DNA from: Felis catus
Taxonomy: Eukaryota
Assembly: GCF_018350175.1 (NCBI RefSeq)
Contig: NC_058368.1
Coordinates: forward strand, 620,001 to 684,000
Direction of reading: 5' to 3'
Length of the DNA stretch: 64,000 bases
The position numbers and the translations under genes are program-made. Below, one piece after another: positions 10,431-19,500 of the stretch. Within the stretch, counting starts at the first letter, position 1. Every line of letters starts with the position of its first letter. Below the pieces are notes generated by a model. The model did no database searches. It was not told where the DNA came from and was given only the letters and a program-made list of their open reading frames with translations.

Positions 10431-12023
10431 ATGGGACAGACTCAGACTACTCCTCTAAGTATTATGATTGATCACTTTAAGGATGTGAGGGGAAGAGCTA
10501 ACAACTTCAGTGTGGAAGTCCAAAAGGGTCGGTTGCAGTTTTTTTGTTCTAGCGAGTGGCCAACTTTCAATGTCGGATGGCCACCAGAGGGGACCTTCGA
10601 CCTCCCTACCATCCACCGAGTCAGGAGTATCATCTCTCAGCCTAAGACAGGCCATCTTGATCAGCTCCCTTACATTATCACTTGGCAGGACCTTGTACAA
10701 GACCCACCCTCTTGGCTTAAGCCCTTCCTAACCCTGCTCCCTCCGGAGCCAAAACCCATTCTTGCTTTGCAGGAGACAGAGAAGAGGAAATGTCTTATCC
10801 AGCCTTCAGCACCCCTCTACCCTGTCCTACAGGGGGGTACTGAAGAAGAATTAATTTTTCCTCCCCCGTATAACCCCTCTAGGATGCCGGAAGAACACCA
10901 TCCTCCCCCTCCGGGGGAGGCAGACGCTGTTCCGAGAGCAGGAGGCGGAAACGCTCCAAGGGGAAGCCCGCCCTTTACCAGACAAAGGGCTCAGAGGGAG
11001 CAATCCGCCTCCGCCGCCGACTCCACTCTTCTGCCCCTGCGAGCCACCGGACCCCCAGACGCGGAGGGGAATCAGCCCCATCACTATTGGCCTTTCGCCA
11101 CTAGTGACCTCTACAATTGGAAAGCTCAGAATCCTAAGTTTTCCGAGAAACCGGCAGGGCTTATTGATTTATTAGACTCTGTTCTTTTTACCCATCAGCC
11201 CACGTGGGATGATTGCCAGCAGCTTTTGCAGGTCCTGTTCACGACTGAAGAAAGAGAAAGAATCCTCAATGGGGCCCGAAAACTAGTTCCGGGCGCAGAC
11301 GGGAATCCCACCACCAACCAAGCTCAGATAGATGCCTCCTTCCCCTTAACTCGGCCCCAGTGGGATTTCAACACGGCAGAAGGTAAGGAGAGGCTCCGGG
11401 TCTACCGCCAGACTCTAATGGGGGGTCTCCGAATGGCTGCTAGAAAGCCAACCAATTTGGCCAAGGCAGGAAATGTACAACAGGGAAAAGATGAATCTCC
11501 GGCTGCCTTTTTAGAACGGATCATGGAGGCATTCCGTACCTATACCCCCATGGATCCAGAGGCTCCGGAAAGCAAGGCAGCTGTTATCATGGCCTTTGTA
11601 AACCAATCGGCCGTAGACATTAGGAGAAAATTACAGAAAATAGATAGACTAGGAGAAAAAAGTCTGCAGGACTTACTGGTGGTAGCCGAAAAGGTATATA
11701 ATAACCGGGAGCCTCCTGAGGACAAGCAGGCTCGCACCATGGCGGCTGCCAGCAGTAAGCAGACTCGAGACCTGGCCAGAATACTACTAGCCACCACTGC
11801 TGACTTCCCCGAGGAACGAGACCGCCGTCTCCGGCAGCTGGCAGACGATGCAAGAAAAGGTAAAGGAACCACCAAGGGGGGGAAGCAGAGGCTGCAGAAG
11901 GATCAGTGCACATACTGCAAGGAGATAGGGCATTGGGCCCGAGATTGTCCGAAAAGGGCCGTCGGGAAGGGAAGCAAGACTGGTCGAGTAAAAGTCCTAG
12001 AGCTGGATGAACTAAGTGATTAG
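10431..12023 (+). CDS. gag: Gag polyprotein, intact ORF of 530 aa; frame open upstream as a glyco-Gag-like extension from ATG 10299/10344
   Basis: MGQTQTTPL myristoylation start, PSAP/LYPVL/PPPY late motifs, MHR VQQGKDESPAAFLERIMEAF, CCHC knuckle CTYCKEIGHWARDC, amber stop at 12021-12023. Confidence 0.95.
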   Translation: MGQTQTTPLSIMIDHFKDVRGRANNFSVEVQKGRLQFFCSSEWPTFNVGWPPEGTFDLPTIHRVRSIISQPKTGHLDQLPYIITWQDLVQDPPSWLKPFLTLLPPEPKPILALQETEKRKCLIQPSAPLYPVLQGGTEEELIFPPPYNPSRMPEEHHPPPPGEADAVPRAGGGNAPRGSPPFTRQRAQREQSASAADSTLLPLRATGPPDAEGNQPHHYWPFATSDLYNWKAQNPKFSEKPAGLIDLLDSVLFTHQPTWDDCQQLLQVLFTTEERERILNGARKLVPGADGNPTTNQAQIDASFPLTRPQWDFNTAEGKERLRVYRQTLMGGLRMAARKPTNLAKAGNVQQGKDESPAAFLERIMEAFRTYTPMDPEAPESKAAVIMAFVNQSAVDIRRKLQKIDRLGEKSLQDLLVVAEKVYNNREPPEDKQARTMAAASSKQTRDLARILLATTADFPEERDRRLRQLADDARKGKGTTKGGKQRLQKDQCTYCKEIGHWARDCPKRAVGKGSKTGRVKVLELDELSD

Positions 12024-12080
12024 GGGAGTCAGGGTTCGGACCCTCTCCCCGAACCCAGGGTAACTCTTAAAGTGGAGGGG
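12021..12080 (+). promoter_or_regulatory. gag-pol UAG read-through pseudoknot
   Basis: TAG plus 8-nt spacer GGGAGTCA, stem 1 GGGTTCGG/CCGAACCC, and loop CCCTCT pairing with downstream GGAGGG. Same architecture as in MLV. Confidence 0.8.
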
Positions 12081-15000
12081 ACCCCTATTGACTTCCTTGT
12101 CGACACCGGAGCACAACATTCGGTCCTCCGCACCCCACAAGGAAAACTAGCTAGCAAGAAGTCCTGGGTACAAGGGGCAACTGGTATGAGCCAGTATTCA
12201 TGGACTACCCGAAGAACAGTAGATTTGGGAAGGGGCCGGGTATCCCACTCCTTTATGGTAATACCAGAATGCCCCTACCCGCTGTTAGGACGGGACTTAC
12301 TGACCAAGACTGGAGCTCAGATAACTTTCAGACAAGGGGGGCCTCAGGTCACCGATGGCAAGGGCCACCCCATCCAGGTCCTGACCATGAAACTGGAGGA
12401 TGGGGGCGCCTGGGTGGCGCAGTCGGTTAAGCGTCCGACTTCAGCCAGGTCACGATCTCGCGGTCCGGGAGTTCGAGCCCCGCGTCGGGCTCTGGGCTGA
12501 TGGCTCAGAGCCTGGAGCCTGTTTCCGATTCTGTGTCTCCCTCTCTCTCTGCCCCTCCCCCATTCATGCTCTGTCTCTCTCTGTCCCAGAAATAAATAAA
12601 AACGTTGAAAAAAAAAATTAAAAAAAAAAAAAAAAAAGAAACTGGAGGATGAATACCTCCTCCACCAGGAGGCGCTCCCGAGAGAGGCTAATATAGACAG
12701 ATGGCTACAAGAATTCCCCTCGGTTTGGGCAGAGACGGGGGGATGGGACTAGCCGCTCATAGGACCCCAGTCCTGGTAGAGCTCAAGCCAGGAGAGAGTC
12801 CGGTAAGGATCAAACAATACCCCATGTCTCAGGAGGCCTAGAAGGGGATCCAGCCACACATCCGGAGACTACGAAGCCTAGGGGTACTAGTTCCTTGCCA
12901 GTCTGCCTGGAACACCCCCCTACTGCCGGTCAAAAAGCCTCACACAAATGACTACCGACCGGTACAAGACCTCCGGGAAGTAAATAAGAGGGTCGTGGAC
13001 GTACACCCAACTGTTCCCAACCCATATACTCTCTTGAGCTCCTTAGCGCCCTCCAGGGTCTGGTATACTGTACTAGATTTAAAGGACGCCTTCTTCAGTC
13101 TGCCGCTGGCACCCCAGAGCCAACCCTTGTTCGCCTTCGAGTGGCATGATCCGGAGGAGGGCTACAGTGGGCAACTCACCTGGACACGGCTACCTCAGGG
13201 ATTCAAAAATTCACCCACCATCTTCGACGAGGCACTACACGAGGACCTGGGTGAGTACAGAAGGGAGCACCCTGGCCTCACCCTTCTACAGTATGTAGAT
13301 GACATCCTGATTGCGGCTGACACTGCCAAAGACTGTGAGCGAGGGACCCAGGACCTGCTGGCTACCCTGGGGGCCTTAGGGTACCGGGCATCCGCGAAGA
13401 AGGCTCAGCTATGCAGGGAGAGGGTAAGTTACCTGGGATATATCCTGGAGGGCGGACAGCGGCGGTTATCAGAAGCCAGAAAAGAAACTGTCCTAAAGAT
13501 CCCTACTCCCACCTCCCGAAGAGAAGTGAGGGAATTCCTAGGATCAGGCGGCTACTGCCGCCTCTGGGTTCCAGATTTTGCTGAGATCGCCAGGCCCCTA
13601 TATGAAGCTACCAAAGAGGGGAAAACGTTTAAATGGGCTGAAAAAGAAGAAACTGCCTTTAATCAGTTAAAAAGGGCCCTCCTAAGTGCCCCAGCCCTGG
13701 GCCTACCGGACATTACGAAACCCTTCCACCTCTTCGTAGACGAACATAAGGGAATAGCAAAAGGGGTTCTAACTCAAGCCTTAGGCCCCTGGAACTGTCC
13801 AGTGGCTTACCTAAGAAACTAGACCCAGTGGCTGCCGGCTGGCCGCCATGCCTAAGAATTATTGCGGCGACAGCACTCCTAGTCAAGGATGCAGACAAAC
13901 TGACCCTAGGACAGGAGATCTGGATCACGACCCCACACGCCATTGAAGGGGTCCTGAAACAGCCTCCGGATAGATGGATGAGCAATACACGTATGACTCG
14001 TTACCAGAGCCTCCTACTCAACCCTCCACGAGTGCGGTTCCACCCCAGTGCAGCCCTCAATCCTGCAACCCTGCTGCCCGACCCTGACCTAGGTGCTCCA
14101 TTACATGACTGTGCGGGAATCCTGGAACAAGTACATGGATTCCGGACGGACCTGACCGACCGGCCCCTCCCCGATGCTCAGGCTACTTGGTTCACTGATG
14201 GCAGCAGCTTTGTGCGAGACGGACACAGGTATGCAGGTGCAGCGGTGGTCACCGAAACCGACACCGTATGGGCGGAGGCTCTACCCTCTGGAACGTCAGC
14301 CCAGCGAGCAGAGCTCATAGCCCTCACCAAGGCGCTGATGCTGGGAGCTGGAAAACGGCTTAACATCTACACAGACAGCCGTTATGCATTTGCCACAGCT
14401 CATATTCATGGGGCAATTTATCAGGAGAGGGGGTTACTGATGGCAGAAGGATGGACTATAAAAAATAAGCAGGAGATACTTAACCTGCTTACGGCCTTAT
14501 GGCTTCCTGCCAAGCTAGCCATTATCCACTGCCAAGGGCACCAAAAAGCTGATAACCCAGTAGCTAGAGGTAATCTAAAGGCTGACCAGGCAGCCAAGGC
14601 AGTAGCCCTTACTCCAGTCCCCACCATGACCATACAACTACCGGACCCGGGAGACCCAGTTTTACCAGACCAGCCCAAGTACTCCCAGGAGGAGTTACAG
14701 TGGATCAAGAAACTCCCCATGGCCCAGGAGATAAAGGGATGGTGGTATACACCTAACAAGGAGCTCGTGTTGCCAGACCAGCTCGGAGTCTCAATATTAG
14801 AGCACATGCATCGGTCTACTCACATGGGGGCCCGAAAATTAAAAGACTTAATCCGACATGCCGGAATCAAGATTCACCAACAGGACACCAAAATAGAGCA
14901 AGTTGTATCTGCCTGCAAGACCTGCCAACTCACCAACGCGAGGGCCACATCAAATAAAAAAGGAACCAGGCTCAGAGGCACCAGACCGGGAGCCCAATGG

Positions 15001-15862
15001 GAAGTTGACTTCACTGAAGTCAAACCAGGAAAGTATGGTTTTAAATATCTTTTAGTATTTACAGACACCTTCTCTGGCTGGGTGGAGGCATACCCAACCA
15101 AGCATGAAATGGCTCAGACGGTGGCTAAGAAGCTACTAGAAGACATCTTACCCAGGTATGGTTTTCCTGCCATGGTAGGATCGGACAATGGACCAGCTTT
15201 TATCTCGCAGGTAACACAGGCAGTAGCCAAGGTGGTGGGGGCAAACTGGAAATTACATTGTGCTTATAAGGCCCCAGAGCTCAGGACAGGTAGAAAGAAT
15301 GAATAGAATCCTAAAAGAGACCCTTACCAAATTAACCATGGAGACTGGCGGGGACTGGGTGACTCTCCTACCATACGCCCTTTACCGGGTTAGAAACACT
15401 CCTTACACTCTGGGTTTTACTCCCTACGAGATCATGTTTGGCAGGCCACCCCCTGTTATTCCCAGCCTTCGAGCTGAACTTATTGCTGAGTTTGAAGATC
15501 AAGAACTTTTTCTTTCCTTGAGCGGGCTCCAGAGGGCGCACAAGGACATTTGGCCGCGCCTCCGTGCCATCTACGAGGCTGGCCCGATCCCGACACCTCA
15601 TCAGTACAGGCTGGGAGACTGGGTCTATGTCAAGAGGCACCACCGAGAGACTCTCGAGCCGCGCTGGAAGGGACCCTACATCGTGGTGTTGAAAACCCCC
15701 ACCGCTCTCAAGGTAGACGGCATCGCGACCTGGGTCCATCACACCCACGCCCAGCCAGCGGACCCCTCCTCGATCCGGAAGGATGTTGTCACGCGATGGG
15801 CCATCAGTCGGGACCAACACAACCCGCTCAAGCTCAAGCTACAGCGCATTCGACCTACCTAA
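12024..15862 (+). pseudogene. pol: pro-pol pseudogene (protease intact; RT, RNase H and IN disrupted)
   Basis: Motifs: PR LVDTGA and [16 protein letters not shown] and YVDD; RNase H WFTDGSS; IN HHCC, WEVDFTE and SDNGPAF. Lesions: SINE at 12403, -1 at about 12740, TAG at 12839-12841, 4-nt deletion at about 13812, +1 at about 15268. Confidence 0.95.
12403..12637 (+). mobile_element. Young felid SINE inserted at the start of RT
   Basis: Full SINE with A-tail. 14-bp TSD GAAACTGGAGGATG at 12389-12402 and 12638-12651. Confidence 0.96.
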
Positions 15863-16113
15863 TATTGGTAACTCTGTTAACTCTGCTTGTCATTGCTCAT
15901 GCTTCCGGGAGTCCCCACGCCCCCCAGAACATCGCCTGGCAGATCATAGACACCAGCTCGGGGACAATACTTAATCAGACCTCCCAGAGCCACCCCAGGG
16001 ACACATGCTTCCCAGAACTTAGCGTAAAACCTCCAAACTCTGTTCCCCTTGTCACCATAAATGCAGCCGGCCCCATGATTGGGTCCGTAAGCTACATGAC
16101 AAGGGGGGAATGA
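15796..16113 (+). pseudogene. env: env remnant: signal peptide plus about 40 aa of SU, with the rest of SU and all of TM deleted
   Basis: MGHQSG...LILVTLLTLLVIAHA-SGSPHAPQNIAWQIID...HPRDTCFPEL resembles a gammaretroviral SU N-terminus. The frame runs into the PPT and stops at the first LTR codon. Candidate env acceptor ttttatctcgcag|g at 15210. Confidence 0.8.
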
Positions 16114-16431
16114 AAGGGCGGGCCTACGCCAGCCGACTCCATCTTGTTCTGTGTCCTTAACCTAGACCACGCCTCCTCCCTTTGAGTGACCTCCCGCTCA
16201 CCCATTCAAGCTTCCTGATCAAAACACGCCACTTCCCCAGCCAATCGGCTGCCCCTAGACCCCTATAAAACCTTTGTGCTTTTGAAACTCGCGCTCTTTC
16301 CCTGGTATCTCACCACTGCCTCGGTGCAGGTAGGGGATTGAGCTCGAGCTAGCTTGAATAAAGGCTCTTTGCTTTTGCATCGGACTCGGCTCCCTAGTGG
16401 TCTTTGGGGATCACGAATTCTGGGCATAACA
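16111..16431 (+). repeat. 3' LTR (uninterrupted, 321 bp)
   Basis: Follows the PPT directly. CCAAT 16241, TATAAAA 16264-16270, AATAAA 16357-16362. Seven substitutions versus the 5' LTR. Confidence 0.96.
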
Positions 16432-18699
16432 GCTGTACAGGGAAGCATGGTGAAGAATGATTTTTTAAGACAGGAGAAATAAAAGCAGGTCTGTAGGCTA
16501 ATGAGGATGGACAGAGGAGAGAATTAGTATAGCCATATCTCTGAAGTGAGGGGTGAGAAAATCTAGTACCAAAGCGAAATGACGTTTCACATTATTTTTC
16601 AGACACAATTCTAGATTTTAACTTTATCAGTATAATACAAAAGGAAATGAAAAATGGCAATTTGGAGGCATACATGTATTTACTTAGCTTTGTACCTAGT
16701 GTCTGAAAAAAAAAAGATACAAGCAGAAAAAGAAATATAGACGCATAAACATTACAATATGCTCATACTCACTCAAGTGGAACAGAAATTAAAACAGTAA
16801 TGACATACCAGTTTTCCCATACCAGGTTGGCAAAAACTAAAAAACTGATAAACCCCAGTGTGGAAAAGAAATCTTCCATAAAGCGTCATTTGGGAATGTA
16901 AACTGGTAAAACCTTTTGAAGGGCAATTTGACACTATCTATCCAAATCGTAAATGCACAGAAACTCTGACTTAGCAATTTCACATCTAGGCATTGTGTGC
17001 TATATTGGCACAAGTTCACGTTTGTAACAAACCGAGATTAATTTAAATGTCTATCAAGAGGGGACCGACTAATTATGGCTTTTACGTTATGCAACTGAAC
17101 AGAACAAGCGAGACCAGGTACTGACTGATATGGCCGTCTCGGAATATCCAAGACACATTGTTAAGTTGACAAAGGCAAAGTGCAGAGCAGTGTGCAAGAG
17201 ATAAAGACAGGAAAGCAAGGTTACCTGGACCTGTGCTGTCCATTCTGGTAGCCACTATTCGGCACTTGAAAGTACTCAATATGACTGACGAACTGAGAGA
17301 CAGATGGTGTCACTTTATCCAAACCGGATTTAATGGAATTTTAAATCAAGTGACTGCTGTTTCCCTTGTTGCTTTACTGCACTCAGCGACCTACGCTGAA
17401 AATACTTGTCCTCCATCTTCTGAAGCACAATCCTGAAACAGCGTCATGAGTCAAGTTGTTAAAACTGCTCAGTGCATTAGGTACAAATGCTGTGAATCAC
17501 CAGTGTGTACAACTGCCCAAATAGAAGACAAAACGACTGCTCGCAAACTACTCAATAAGCAAAGACCAAAGTGGCGGTGTGATTTTTACCACTTTTGAGA
17601 ACTACAGCTACTGAAACGTTAAAAAAAGAGAGAGAGAGAAAGAAAAAAAGGAACTGTTGCTACAAACAACACAGATGAGTAATGTTGAGTCCAACTCTCA
17701 ACAAATTCACACCTGTATGTTCCCATTTAATATGAAGTTCAAGAACAGGCAAAATAAATGTATAGGTACAGAAGTCAGACTCATGGTTATCTAGGAAGCT
17801 GGGGGTTGGCATCATTGACTGAGAAGCGGCTTCTGCCTTTGGGGACGATAGGGAGTCTTATTATCTTCAACTAGTGGGGATTACTCTGGTGTATACATTT
17901 GGGTAGTACATTTAAGATTAGGGAAGATTGCTTAATATCTGCTATTCCTGAATACTTTTTGAAAATCTGTTCTAAGCGAAGTAATTCTAATTATTTTTGA
18001 GATGACGCCTTTTGAAAAAGGACCAACATTTCATCAAAACCAGCCAGGTAATCTTTGTTAAACTGAAGTGACTTTAGCAGGAAACTTGTGAAATCCGAAT
18101 TTAGAGACACAAGCTACAAGGTTATTCTGTAACATTGAAAACTAGAGAAGTTCCCTACTAGACTGACAAGTCCAAGTCCCCTTGTGCCGCAGCATTCAAG
18201 GCATCTGCGTCTTCCCACACTTAACACCTCTGTTCCTTCATTTCAACTTCATGACTATGATCTTCCAAGTATATTTACTGTCAGCATGAATAAAAATAGT
18301 TTCACTTCATCTGCTATTTATTGCTGGGAAGGCCTTGCTAAAGGGAACATATATATGTCTACAAAGGGTTAGTATGTGGACTAGGATTTTCTAGACATTA
18401 AAATCTGTTTGAAACAAATGGACAGCCTTGCAACCTCCAAAGACTGCTATGTAAACGTTAAAGCAGTCTGGGGGGATACATTTTCTGCATTCTGAGGGGA
18501 AAAGTGGATACAGTTAACTCAAAGCCATCCTCAGACCGTATAACTAGTTGGTTAGGGAGGTGATTTAACAGTCTCCCAAATACAAGTCCTCGAACGCCAC
18601 GAATGCACAGCAAAGCTTTGAAAGACAAAGACGACTAGGGTGATGACGGGCCTACGTAAGGACAGAAAGCAAACCAACTTTACACTTTCTCCAACCCAC

Positions 18700-19500
18700 T
18701 GTGTCCCCCGCGCCTCTGAACAGCTGTTTGAAGTAAAGCCCAAACCACAGGCGGTGAGAGTCCCTGAAAAGAAGGCTCCCCACAAAAACAGCGTTAAGCT
18801 GGGACGGCCACAGAAGTGTTGGCCACCGTCGCACCGCCGGCGAGCGTCCCGCTCGCTTGGCGCCCAGCTGAGCCAGCGCTGAGGCCGGAGCAGATCCCTC
18901 CCACGCACCGCCAGCACTCTTAGGCGCAGGGCGACAAACACACTAGCTCCCCCGCTCCTCTGCCCACACATTACCGCTCCGCAGTCCTCTGGCCTCTCAG
19001 TCCACTCAAACCACAGCGAAAATCGCCACCGCACTTATGAATGAGCCGCCACAACCAGCACCTCCGGCCGGAGCCCCGCCCCCAGGCCCGGCTCCGCCCC
19101 TGATCCGAGGGCTCCTGGGAAATGTAGTTTCCACCGGCCCCCTCGGCGCTTGCGCGGGGGCACCGGAGAAACCCACGTAAACTACCACTCCCGGCGGTCT
19201 CTCAGGGACGGACGTTACCTACGGTCTGACCGGGAGGCGCCTTCCGCCTGGGCCGCGGGGCTAGTGGCTGGAGTAGGCGGGCGGCTGGGCGGGAGGGAAA
19301 AAAAAAACCGTTCTTAAAGAGAACTTCCTGGACAGAGCTAGCCCGCCCCCAACCCCAGTCCAGCCTTGGAAACTAGGGATAGCGCCTTAACGAGAAGTCG
19401 ATCGCCGTGTTCAGAGAAAAGCTGGGAACCTAGAGATTCAGAGCTAACAACCTACAGACCAGTGCTTTTCGAGGTGATGGGCGCGGGGGAGGTGCTTTTT
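18700..19500. promoter_or_regulatory. CpG island / CENPJ promoter with GC boxes and two ZNF143/THAP11-type (ACTACAnnTCCCA) motifs
   Basis: High CpG density. GCCCCGCCCC at about 19073 and CTCCGCCCC at about 19092. ACTACATTTCCCAG on the minus strand at 19115-19128 and ACTACCACTCCCGG on the plus strand at 19181-19194. Confidence 0.8.
18975..19040 (-). other. CENPJ: Probable CENPJ non-coding exon 1 (5' end approximate)
   Basis: Lies in the CpG island. Minus-strand donor GCG|gtaatg at 18974, with GC boxes and ZNF143-type motifs just upstream. Confidence 0.6.

Larger units (their letters stand above)
9356..16431 (+). mobile_element. Endogenous gammaretrovirus (class I ERV) provirus, env-deleted, antisense in CENPJ intron 1
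   Basis: Paired TG...CA LTRs, 4-bp TSD GCTG (9352-9355 and 16432-16435), Pro-like PBS, gag-pro-pol-env remnant, and PPT AAGGGGGGAA at 16101-16110. Confidence 0.97.

Noticed and set aside
10455..15820. Minus-strand and alternative-frame ORFs within the provirus
   Set aside because: Shadow ORFs of GC-rich gag/pol with no motifs or independent signals.
15796..16113. A Refrex-1/FeLIX-like soluble Env factor
   Set aside because: Only about 40 residues of SU remain, too short for a receptor-binding domain; kept only as an env remnant.
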